A stretch of DNA of 64,000 bases from Batkoa obscura. Lineage: Eukaryota. The notes under the pieces were generated by a model. That model had not been told where the DNA came from. It made no database searches and saw nothing but the letters and a program-made list of their open reading frames with translations. Position numbers and translations under genes: made by a program. Shown here in pieces: positions 24,781 through 36,407 of this stretch. The stretch covers positions 310,001-374,000 of the forward strand of contig JASVEC010000019.1 of assembly GCA_030770535.1 (NCBI GenBank), written 5' to 3'. How positions within the stretch are numbered: the stretch's first letter is position 1; every line of letters starts with the position of its first letter.

Positions 24781-26217
24781 TCAATAATAAAAGGTTTGTC
24801 CAAAGTAATTATAAATCCCAATAAGTTGAGGGACTAAACTTCTTCGGAGTTCATGGATAATTGAGTTTTTTAGTACATTTGCTTGATTATTAATATCAAA
24901 TAATCTTGGCTTCATTAAGGTTAATGCTTGGGAAATCAAATGACAAAATATAGTTCGCAGTCTTGGATCGTAAGGAATATTGTATTTGATTTGATTTGAC
25001 CAAGAAAGAGTTTGCCAGCTTATTCCCATCTTATTATATTCTTCTGCATAGTCCAATATAACATTATAACAGTTGTTGTCACATAAATAATAAGGATCTA
25101 AATTCGAAAATTCATAACCAAGCAAAATATCAGGATGGTTTCTTTTTAACAATTGGGCAATAATATCAATGTTGGTAAGTGTTGATTCGCCCACATTTCT
25201 TATAATAACCCCATCACTGATGTTCAAACAAGATATCAATCTATTGTGGATGGATGCTACATCATTTGCAACTTGATAATAACCTTCTTCTGTTTTACAA
25301 TCCTCAGGATTCCAATAAAAATCAGGAATTATATCTTTAACGTAGTCCTTGTTCTTAAACGGATCTCCACCTTTATTAGTTAAAATTCTCTCTTTTATTT
25401 GCTTCGCTTTAGAAGGTGACTTAGTCTTGATTTTCAAATGATATTCAAGTGTTTTTTCAAACGTCATTGGAGCTGCTTGAAATGACCAAGGGAGTGAAAA
25501 ATCATTTAAAAAGGATTTGCCTTCATTGATATTATTTTTGTAATTCTGGATAGTTTCATAATAGGTAGTGCCCTCATTAGTAGCACCTAATATTAACTTT
25601 TTGTCATTTATATGATTGAAGGTTGAAATGAAATAACTATCTGCTATATGTGTACGTATCATGATTAAAGGATCCGAATTATAATTCTTAGATAAACTGT
25701 GTATTTTCATAATAATTTCTTCCAATGTTGCGATTGGAACTAACACCACTATGTTTCCTATGGAACTCACTTTTTCCATATAACTATTGACAATGAACCC
25801 ACTAATACCCTCTTCAAGTGACTGTCTAATTTTAATTGACAAGATATCTATATTATCATAATCCAAGCTTAAAGTGAGAAATATGGGTGTGCTTTCAAGT
25901 ACATTATTTTTGGATACAAGAGAGCTATCAATTAACTCATTGAACTTTGAATAGCTGAAATTAGGTTGATTATTAATATAAGAATAATTGTCAGAAACAT
26001 TGACAGTGGTGGCAAAGAATAGAGTGTCAACAAGTTGCGCTTCATTAACAGCTTCACAGCTAAAGTGAAGCTGCTTATTTTTTTGATGGTTAATTAATTT
26101 TTGACGCAATTGTTTACTCTTTGTTGAATGATCGACCGACTCCTTCTTTCCCCCTAAAGATGAATATACCCCAAAATTATATCCATTGAAGATGGCATTT
26201 TGGTAAGTAGAGTTCAT
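24781..26217 (-). CDS. Highly divergent isocitrate lyase-like protein lacking the catalytic KKCGH loop
   Basis: Colinear ICL-like blocks VLVPI, IMIRTH...LILGATN, FYWNPEDCKTEEGYYQV, LLGYEFS and MGISWQTLS. The expected HIEDQ..KKCGH region reads FIVNSYMEKVSSIG. Confidence 0.7.
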   Translation of the reverse strand: MNSTYQNAIFNGYNFGVYSSLGGKKESVDHSTKSKQLRQKLINHQKNKQLHFSCEAVNEAQLVDTLFFATTVNVSDNYSYINNQPNFSYSKFNELIDSSLVSKNNVLESTPIFLTLSLDYDNIDILSIKIRQSLEEGISGFIVNSYMEKVSSIGNIVVLVPIATLEEIIMKIHSLSKNYNSDPLIMIRTHIADSYFISTFNHINDKKLILGATNEGTTYYETIQNYKNNINEGKSFLNDFSLPWSFQAAPMTFEKTLEYHLKIKTKSPSKAKQIKERILTNKGGDPFKNKDYVKDIIPDFYWNPEDCKTEEGYYQVANDVASIHNRLISCLNISDGVIIRNVGESTLTNIDIIAQLLKRNHPDILLGYEFSNLDPYYLCDNNCYNVILDYAEEYNKMGISWQTLSWSNQIKYNIPYDPRLRTIFCHLISQALTLMKPRLFDINNQANVLKNSIIHELRRSLVPQLIGIYNYFGQTFYY

Positions 26218-26777
26218 TTCAAATGATTTAAAAGAAATAAAAAGATACTTTTGGAAAAATTATTCATTTTTATAAATTTCCAGGGATATTTCTATTAAGA
26301 ATACCATGATTTAATCATATTGGCTATAAATAATTCTTATGGTTATTCTGTTTATTTGTTGAAATTCATTTTTGATCCTCTATTGACCAATCATATGCTA
26401 AATTCAAACTCATTTTTTACTTTTAAAGAAGTAGGGATAAAACATACTTTTAAATCAATTTCATATGCTCAAAAGCTATTTTTATAAATTAAACTTAATA
26501 ATGTGAAAAAGGATATTAATTCTTTTCTTCATACTAGGTTATATATTTATCTTAAAAAGAGCTTCAAGAGACGATTAAATAGACTATGAGTTGTTTAGAA
26601 GCGAAAAAAATACATAGCTTTTAAATCAAATATCATTATTGGTACGAGTTAAAGGATCTTATTGAATATAATGGCTCAAATAGCCCCTTTTTACATTCAA
26701 AATATACTACATGTTAATTACAATAAAACATGATGGATCAATCAAAAAGAATAATTAAAGTAGTTTATTAAAATAAG

Positions 26778-27752
<975 letters not shown>

Positions 27753-28065
27753 ATTAGCTAAAAACGAAAAATAAAGAGAAAAATAAGATAGGTAAAAATA
27801 AAATTGAAAGGTATTTATAATATTATAAACAGTTATAGCATTAAATTAAATAGTTTATTGATAGTAAATTAACAAAACAAGTTTGAGTTTATAGTTTTTT
27901 AATCTTCAACACGAGTTGAAGTTTACTACTATAATTTTTATGCTTTTTAGTTTAATTGGTTAAATAAAATTTAGAAGAGTAAGAATACACATGTAATAAT
28001 TTCATATAAAAAAATTAAAACAGTATATGAAATAGAGTTTAGTTTTTGCCATCATCAATAAAACC

Positions 28066-29044
28066 ATGAAGCTATCCTTACTTAATATTATAATGCTACA
28101 ATTAATACTAATAAACTTAATAAATGCTGGCTTATTTAATAATATAATAAGAAGTAAGCAAAAAGTAATCTTAGGCGGATACCAAGTGAAGCCAAGTTTT
28201 AAATATAGATTTATGGTTTCAATTCAATATAAGAATCGACATTCATGTGGTGGTGTATTGATAAGACATAATAAAGTGTTAACCGCTGCGCATTGTAATT
28301 TTGGTTCCAATAGTCAATTTTCAATCATTTATCATCGCCATGATCTATCAAAATCTTTAAGTGAAGAAAAGGGATTAAGTTTTGATGTGGTCAAAAGGGT
28401 TGACCATCCAGAATATAATGAAGCTGCTACTGGTAATGATGGTAAAACTTTTTAATATTAAATGGCAGATATATTAATAAAAATATAGTTTCCGTATGGA
28501 CTATTAAAACTAGCAAAGGATTCGAAGATCATTATTCATCCTATTCTATGAATTTGAGGATTGATGACGACTCTATTTCTAATCAAGAAGACATTAAATT
28601 AAAAGCAATTGGTTGGGGTCGTACTCAAGACGAAGAAAAAAACTCAAATATCTTATTGGAAACTATCTTACCAGTTCTGAACTTTAACACCTGTTATAAT
28701 AATTATAAAAACTTAACGTCACTTGAGTTGAACCGCAGCTCTCAATTTTGTGCTGGTTATTTTGATGACAGAGGGAAAGGTATTTTGATATTTAAATTCA
28801 TTTGGTTTTTTACTAAATAACTTAATTTCAAGATACCTGTTCTGGTGATTCTGGAGGTCCTTTGTTTTACGAGGCTAATAATAAACACTATTTTGTCGGT
28901 ATAATTTCATATGGGGTTGGCTGTGCTATCCCTAATTTGCCTGGGGTAATTTTTTTTTATCCAAAAGTTTAAGCTAATTGTTTTTAGGTATATACAAATA
29001 TTTATGGTTTAAGAAAGTTTATCGATATAGAGTTAAATGATTAG
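28066..29044 (+). CDS. Secreted trypsin-like serine protease (S1), 4 exons
   Basis: Signal peptide, ILGG, LTAAHC, GND(V)[30 protein letters not shown]; same intron positions as the neighbouring trypsin. Confidence 0.93.
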
Positions 29045-29535
29045 CATGGTTTCAATTATTTAGTCGATATATTCTAGTTTTATCAATAATAGTCAATAAT
29101 AAATTTATTAGTTATTTGATTTACTATTTTTATTATTTTTCGATTTATTGGTTTTTTGTACTACTTTGGTAGTAGATTAAAAAGTAGCAACCCTTGAAAA
29201 AGATTACACTTTATGTTATAAAGAAACCAAATTCTAAACTGTGTACTTAAAAATACTATAGTATATTTTATACTAACAACAAAGTTAATACTTTGTAGCA
29301 AACTATTATAAGCAATTTTAAGGACTCTTTAGACATTAAAAGAGAATTGAGTATTATTATATATCTACCTATATTAAAAGGATTAAGCTTATATTCAGAA
29401 GGTTCAATAGTATTTCTTTACTTAAGAAGTTTCCTAAACAACCCAAAAACCGAAACTTAAGTTATAGAATTTAGTAAAATAGTGTAGATTATTTTAATTT
29501 CATTCCAGTTGGAAATATTTACATAATATTTTATA

Positions 29536-30210
29536 TTAAGCATAGTTACAAAACACGTTATCTTGGGCTTGTTGTTGACAACGAGTACCTGGTCCACATT
29601 GACGGAGGACATAGCGACCTTGAGCACATGTATAGAAGCCTCCACTATTGTAGTCACAGAACATGGTGCCTTCTCTACACGAGCTCCAGTTTTTGTGATA
29701 ATTTCTTGCAGCTAAATTAGGATCTGAGATAAATGAGCTATATCTACCTTTGCTTCCATAAGAGCCACTGTTGCCACCTCCATAAGAACCGCTACCACCA
29801 TAAATACTACCATAGCTTCCACCATAGTTACTATTTCCTCCATAAGAGCCACTGTTACCACCATGACTTCCTGAATGGTCATGATTTCCACCATATGAAC
29901 CACTGTTACCACCTCCATAAGAACCGCTACCACCATAACTACCACCATAGCTTCCACCATAGTTACTATTTCCTCCATAAGAGCCACTGTTACCACCATG
30001 ACTTCCTGAATGGTCGTGATCTCCACCATATGAACCACTGTTACCTCCACCATAAGAGCCGCTTGACGAACCTACACTTCCATGGTGTCTTAAGCTTTGA
30101 GATAAACTTTTAAACTCCCTTGCCTTATTATATAGGCTGGTAATGTCGGAAAGATCAAGTGTAGATACACCAGTGATGGCAATGATTGCGATAATGTTAA
30201 TAAACTTCAT
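29536..30210 (-). CDS. Secreted Gly/Ser/Tyr/His-rich protein with C-terminal 5-Cys chitin-binding-like (CBM19-type) module
   Basis: Signal peptide, GGSYGG/GGNSGSYGG repeats with a 40-aa internal duplication, and C-terminal CREGTMFC..GFYTCAQG..LRQCGPGTRC. Confidence 0.85.
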   Translation of the reverse strand: MKFINIIAIIAITGVSTLDLSDITSLYNKAREFKSLSQSLRHHGSVGSSSGSYGGGNSGSYGGDHDHSGSHGGNSGSYGGNSNYGGSYGGSYGGSGSYGGGNSGSYGGNHDHSGSHGGNSGSYGGNSNYGGSYGSIYGGSGSYGGGNSGSYGSKGRYSSFISDPNLAARNYHKNWSSCREGTMFCDYNSGGFYTCAQGRYVLRQCGPGTRCQQQAQDNVFCNYA

Positions 30211-30639
30211 TTTTGTTAAGAGCTGCTATAAATAGTAAATCGATAAATAAAATCGTTGTTCTGGTTTAGTTTTTATACTTATTTCGAAAGCTGTATAAGG
30301 TTTTTAATCTTATAAAGTTAATATTTATCTTTTTTTTTTAGCTTGTTTTTTCTCCGTCCGCTTTTTAGTTCTCCTTAATTTCAAAATAATGAAGATTTTT
30401 TGGCTTTCCGTTTAAAATTTATAAATAAAATTAAGGCAATGGGGGTGTTTATAGGAGTAATTTATTTTTATCATAATTGATATTAATATACTTTTAGTTA
30501 GTTCAACTTAGTCTGCTGTTAATAGCCAATACTTTTGAGTAGTTTTGTTTTTTGATTTTTTTAGTGTATGCTAGCATTAATGTAGGGATTTTCTTTTACA
30601 TTTTGTATGCTGTCATTTTTAACCATGATACATGGATAT

Positions 30640-30732
30640 GAGGATGTATTTTTTTTAAGAATTTTGCTAACAATCTTTCTACTCAAATAGCGTTTAAAAA
30701 TAGAAAAAGTGAAGTCAAAAAAAAACCCCTCT
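30640..30732. mobile_element. MITE family copy
   Basis: Family core. Confidence 0.8.
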
Positions 30733-31459
30733 ATATGTTCAAAGTCATCCCTGAATTTAAAGTTGAATTTCAAAAATAGTTTTTTAATTGGTAATTAAAA
30801 ACAGTTCTATTTATATTCAGTATGCTTCTAAACATGAATTTGAGATTGTTTTTATAGATTTTGTATTAAGTAATGTATTTGAACTTTGAGTTTATGAGCA
30901 TAGCCTTGATGGGACTTGAATTCTCTCTAACTAGAATTACTTAAGCTAAACATGTCTCTATTCCTTGGTCTATTCTAAGTCCATATCAGGATTTGGTTGA
31001 TCAGCAGTGATTAGATTTATTAAATTCTGTAAGTATTGGTTCACCATTTGGTTTCACACTTCTGTAACAAATTCAAAAATTAAATTGTTATTACTTAATT
31101 GAACTATAATTGAACTCAACAAGTAGCTTAAAAATTGCAATATTAAATACTATGATGTTATAATATTTTTGAACTTAAGGAAATAATTTTAACATAAAAT
31201 ATATGTTTTATAATTAGTGTGGTAGTTAAACCCCCTTTTTATACTAAACAGTTGAAGTATTTTTAATAACCTTTAATAAAAAAAAGAAAATTAATAAAAA
31301 CATACTTGTCTGTAAAATTTAATAACATTTTTGACTTTAAAAAGTGCTTCGAAATAACATATATATTATAAAATTAATATATTAAATTTGATTTAAAACA
31401 ATATAGTACAGTTCATTTTAATCTTTTTCTGCTGATAAAAGCATATAAATAATATTTTA

Positions 31460-32185
31460 TTAAGCATAGTTGCAAAATACATTGTCTTGGGCTTGTTGTT
31501 GACAACGAGTACCTGGTCCACATTGACGGAGAACATAGCGACCTTGAGCACATGTATAGAAGCCTCCACTATTGTAGTCACAGAACATGGTGCCTTCTCT
31601 ACACGAGCTCCAGTTTTTGTGATAATTTCTTGCAACTAAATGGTAATCTGGACCAAATGTACCATAAGTGCCATAAGTACCATAAGTACCATAGCTATCT
31701 CCATTGTAATCTCCGTCATAGTTACCTTTTCCATTTAAGCTATTAATAAGTGCGTCATATCTTGTGCCAAAAGTTTCGGATTGGCCATTGCCACTTCCAT
31801 ATGAGCTACTTGATGAACCTGATCCATAATTGACTCCACCTCCATAAGAACCACTATTACTACCACCATAGCTTCCACCATAGCTTCCACCATAGTTGTT
31901 ATTTCCTCCATAACGACCGCCATTGCTACCACTACCATAGGAACTACTATCACCTCCTCCATAACTTCCTCCATAAGAACCACTATTACTACCACTATAA
32001 TTATCATCATCTCCTGGATAAAGTCCTGAATGGGCGTGACCACTGTATCCACCGTCATGATGTTTTAAGTTTTGAGATAAACTTTTAAGCTCTCTTACCT
32101 TATTATATAGGTTGGCAACATCAGAAAGGTCAAGCGAAGTTATACCAGTAATAACAGTGATTGCAATAATGCTAACTAATTTCAT
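31460..32185 (-). CDS. Paralog of 29536-30210: secreted Gly/Ser/Tyr-rich protein with CBM19-type module
   Basis: Similar signal and pro region; the C-terminal ARNYHKNWSSC...NVFCNYA is identical to the paralog. Confidence 0.85.
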   Translation of the reverse strand: MKLVSIIAITVITGITSLDLSDVANLYNKVRELKSLSQNLKHHDGGYSGHAHSGLYPGDDDNYSGSNSGSYGGSYGGGDSSSYGSGSNGGRYGGNNNYGGSYGGSYGGSNSGSYGGGVNYGSGSSSSSYGSGNGQSETFGTRYDALINSLNGKGNYDGDYNGDSYGTYGTYGTYGTFGPDYHLVARNYHKNWSSCREGTMFCDYNSGGFYTCAQGRYVLRQCGPGTRCQQQAQDNVFCNYA

Positions 32186-32537
32186 ACTTTGTTATTGAGC
32201 TGTAAATTGGGAATTGATAGTTTGGATTATAGGGGATGATTTAGTTTTTATAGTCATTTCGGAAACTGGATGTTGGTTTTGATAGAGTTTACAGATAGCT
32301 TGTTTTATCCCTTTATTTTTTTCTCCGTCCCGCATTTTTGAAGCACCCTTAATTTCATGTAAGTTGAGAGTATTTATTTTTGGCTTTCCAATTAAAATTA
32401 AAATTAAATAAAGTTAAAGCAATGAGGTATTTATAGGAGTAATTTTATTTTTATGATGACTGGACTGATATTAGTATACCTTTGTTTTGTTCAATCTAAT
32501 TTAGTTTTGAGTTTAATTTTTAAATTTTTAATGATAT

Positions 32538-32635
32538 GGGGACGTATTTTTGTGTTTAAGAATTTTACTGATAATTTTTCCACTCAAATAGCGCTTAAAA
32601 GATAGAAAAAGTAATGAAGTCAAAAAAACACCCCC
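32538..32635. mobile_element. MITE family copy
   Basis: Near-consensus with ATAT flanks. Confidence 0.9.
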
Positions 32636-33591
32636 ATATGTTGGCAATTAATGTATGAATCTTTTGTAGGTTTTGTACATTGACATTAAGCGTAGAGTCG
32701 ATGTAGGCCATTTTTTTAACAAAAATGTAACTTCATGATTTATTTTGACACATTGTTATCAAGCCACATATCTTTTTCTTGAACGATGGTCGAATTGACT
32801 TTTAGGCCATGCCGTCAAAGTCAACTAATCAAGTCTATCTTTTTAAAGTTTAAAATATATTTAATTAGTTGATTTTTTTGGGTAGTGCATTAAATTCTGC
32901 TAAAATATGCATTATATTTTTAAATCATTTCATGATTGTTTTTAAAGTAATCCTTCACTTCAAATGCGTTTTTCTCTGTTACAATAATATTTACTATTAT
33001 GTTAATCATCCGTTACTTTTGTATCATAGTGATGTATACCTTTTTGAAAGATAAATAAAGCTCTGATAGTTATTAATTATAAGCAAAGAAGTATACAAAA
33101 TACTAAAACTTTGAGTATATCATTTAGTTTTTTTATTTTTTGTTTCCAATTGATAAATCATTGGAGTTTTATACATCCTTTAAAAGGTATAGCTATTAGT
33201 ATTGTATAGTCCAACTATAAAAAATACATTAAAGGGATGTTGAGGAATAAACAACTTTTGTCATGGATAGCTTTTTGATTTTAACATTTATATGTTCAAA
33301 TAAATACAATTTTGTCACTGAGTTTTTTTAACAAGACAGAAGGGCATAGAATTGCATTAAGGGCATCCCATTTAAACCAGAACCTATAATGACTAAAATA
33401 CAAATTTCCAATGCATAAACAAAACCATTTGATAACAACGTATTAACAATATTAACAGTCTAATATTAGCTTAATATTAACTAGTTGATTTTCCCAATTG
33501 ATATTTTTAAACATATAAAACATAAAGTGACATATCAAAATAATAAAATTTTATTCCATCAACAACAACATTCGTCTATCGTATAATTAAA

Positions 33592-35889
33592 CTAAGTAGG
33601 AATAGGCTTTAAATAGGGATTAAAATACTGAGCCTCATCCAAGAAGGAGTCAGTAACTTTAGGACTACTGCATTTTGTAATGTCAATTGAGTTAGCATGG
33701 CATTCAAAGTTAGGTAATTCTGATTTATATTTACAAACAAAACCATTTGGAGTATTAACCCAGCATTCAGGCGCATGTGGAGTACCCAATAAAATAAAAC
33801 CATTTTGATTATATAAACATCTAGAACCTGCCATTGGACAAATACTATAATCACCCTCAGCTCCACCATCATTTGGTAGATTAATGCATCGTTCTTTAAT
33901 ATTTAGATAAGAATATGGACATTTGTTTTCTTTAAACTCAAATTGAAATTTACATGTATAATGCTGGTTTTTTTTATCCATTATCCAACACGTTGGGGCA
34001 TTTGGATCTAAATATGAATAGCTCAAATTTTCATTATAAGCGCATTGACTATTAGCTGCATTTGGGCAAGGAGGTGGCGGACGTTCTCTATTACAAGTCT
34101 TTATATCAAGATAACCAGCTTCACAAGTAGTACCTAAAAACCCTTTGCCTTTACACTCATATTGTGTTTTACCACGCTTCCAGCAATCAGGCGCAAATCC
34201 ATCTTGTAACTTATAATCAATGCCTAAATTGTTTTTACATTTATCATTATAATTCGGACATGCCATTGGTACTTCACATGCCGTTATATCAATGGATAAA
34301 TTAGGACATTTACCATTAAATTCCGCTTTATAACGACATTGATATGTATTTTCTACTTTAGCCCAACATTCAGGTAAAGTAAAATCCGTATATCGGAATA
34401 TATTAGTGTTTTGAAAAACACATGTATCATCTACTTTAGGACATATTCTTTTTGTTGTTAAAATAGGACAAGTACCTATATCTACTGCACCATCAGGACA
34501 TTTACCATTAAAATCTTTTTTAAATCGACAATAAAAAGATTTAGATCCTTTAATCCAACACTCAGGAGCTTTTGGATTTAAAGCACTAAAATAACCTAAA
34601 TTATTATAATTACATTTGTCCACATTATTTGGACAATTAGGATTAACTACTACCGCTTCTTCTCCTTTACATACACTAATATCTAATACGTTTAATGGAC
34701 AAATACCACCTAATTCGGATTTATATCGACAGACATAACCATTGGGCGTTTTAGCCCAACATTCAGGAGTAGTGGGTGAATTTAAACTAAATAATGAAGT
34801 TTGTCGATATAAACATTTAATTGTTTCTTTAGGACATTTCAATTCATTATCAATGTCAGTAACTACCCCTGGTCGACATGGAGTGGTATCAATAGTTCCT
34901 GTTGGACATTTACCTTCTAATTCACGTTTATATTTACAAGCATAACCACTAATAGTACTTAACCAACATTCTGGTGGTGATTTATCGGTTAATTTAAAGT
35001 TAGCAACGGGTGAATAAGTACATGAAGTACTTAATGGGGGACAATATTGTGGTACAACTTCTGTATTTGAAGAATCGGTTGTAGTATCTTTATAACCACA
35101 TTTTGATAAATGTTGAAAACCTGGGGAACATTGACCTTTATTGCCCATTTCACATAAATAACCGCTTTGAGTAGCCTTCCAACATTTTGGAGCATTTTTA
35201 GTTGTTACCGTTACTGGTATTTCACCATTAAAATAGCAAATGTCTTCTTGTGTAGGACATTTATTTGGAATATCAATATTATTATCGATATCAGGTAATT
35301 TAGTTGAATCATTTAAACAAGACTTAATATCTAAATATCCTAATGGACATTTATTATTTTCTTTTTTAATACAAACATATTCTGATTTATATAGTCCCCA
35401 ACATTGTGGTACCATTGAATTTGTAAATTTAACTTTAATACCAGTATCATAACTACATGAATCTTCTGAAGTTGGACATTTGTTTGGTTTTTTAATAGCA
35501 TTTGGACTATCAATTATGTCTACTGATTCTTTTATTGGAGGTGGGGGTGGAGGTGGTAATGTAGTTTGATTTTTACTAAAAATAGGATAACCACAAAAAC
35601 CTACATTGATATAACAAGGTGGACATTCAATTAAACCTAAATCATCTAAATAATGACATGTATAACCGTTTAATGTTTTTAACCAACATTCAGGAGCAGA
35701 AAATTGATTAGGATAATAATCATAATATCCCATTTTACAAGTAGAACCTAAACTAGGACATTGTAATCCATTTTCTTTTTTAAAACCAAAAGATAAAAAT
35801 TCTTTATCACTATCAATTTTTTGACTATAAAGGGTAGCTGTTAAAGTAAATAAAGTAAATAATATACTTTGTAAAGTTGAGAGTAACAT
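33592..35889 (-). CDS. Secreted cysteine-rich protein with ten tandem ~57-aa 6-Cys repeats (unknown family)
   Basis: 765-aa intronless ORF with a signal peptide. The repeat CP-x5-6-C-x~15-P(E/x)CW-x8-9-C-x7-10-C(P)-x~8-C occurs 10 times. Confidence 0.9.
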   Translation of the reverse strand: MLLSTLQSILFTLFTLTATLYSQKIDSDKEFLSFGFKKENGLQCPSLGSTCKMGYYDYYPNQFSAPECWLKTLNGYTCHYLDDLGLIECPPCYINVGFCGYPIFSKNQTTLPPPPPPPIKESVDIIDSPNAIKKPNKCPTSEDSCSYDTGIKVKFTNSMVPQCWGLYKSEYVCIKKENNKCPLGYLDIKSCLNDSTKLPDIDNNIDIPNKCPTQEDICYFNGEIPVTVTTKNAPKCWKATQSGYLCEMGNKGQCSPGFQHLSKCGYKDTTTDSSNTEVVPQYCPPLSTSCTYSPVANFKLTDKSPPECWLSTISGYACKYKRELEGKCPTGTIDTTPCRPGVVTDIDNELKCPKETIKCLYRQTSLFSLNSPTTPECWAKTPNGYVCRYKSELGGICPLNVLDISVCKGEEAVVVNPNCPNNVDKCNYNNLGYFSALNPKAPECWIKGSKSFYCRFKKDFNGKCPDGAVDIGTCPILTTKRICPKVDDTCVFQNTNIFRYTDFTLPECWAKVENTYQCRYKAEFNGKCPNLSIDITACEVPMACPNYNDKCKNNLGIDYKLQDGFAPDCWKRGKTQYECKGKGFLGTTCEAGYLDIKTCNRERPPPPCPNAANSQCAYNENLSYSYLDPNAPTCWIMDKKNQHYTCKFQFEFKENKCPYSYLNIKERCINLPNDGGAEGDYSICPMAGSRCLYNQNGFILLGTPHAPECWVNTPNGFVCKYKSELPNFECHANSIDITKCSSPKVTDSFLDEAQYFNPYLKPIPT

Positions 35890-36407
35890 TTTTAATATTT
35901 TAATATAAATAAATAACTAAAAAAATTAAATAGGATGAAATTATTATAATTTAAAATTCTGAATGTTGGCTGATTTTAAAAAATTTGATCTCCCTCTCAA
36001 TTATTTTAGTTTACCATCTCTAATTCAATTTTTAGCTTTAAAATATTAAAATGGCACAAGTTACAGTTGATCATTTTAGATTTTCATAAATTAAAAAATA
36101 AAAATTATCTAATAATGAATTTTACAGTAAAAATTTATACTGCTTTTATAATTTTAATAAACATTTGAATTTTTTATTAAAAAAATTCAAAAAATATATC
36201 ACTGTTTGATCATCATTATGTAAAAAAAAGTACTAATTCTATTTATTTTAAAAAAAGCTAAAAAGTTAAATAACTTGAGTGAATTAACATCACTCCTTAA
36301 CATTTAATAACATATTATTTACTTTGATAGATTCAAGTAATATTCAATATCTTTTCTGTGAAAAGAAAAAAATCAATATCAATCAATATTAATAAATATC
36401 AATAATA

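Noticed and set aside
29457..32058. Overlapping ORFs such as MVEVTVVHM..., the His/Tyr-rich 29733-30113 and 31735-32058
   Set aside because: Alternative-frame or antisense shadows of the repetitive Gly-rich genes.
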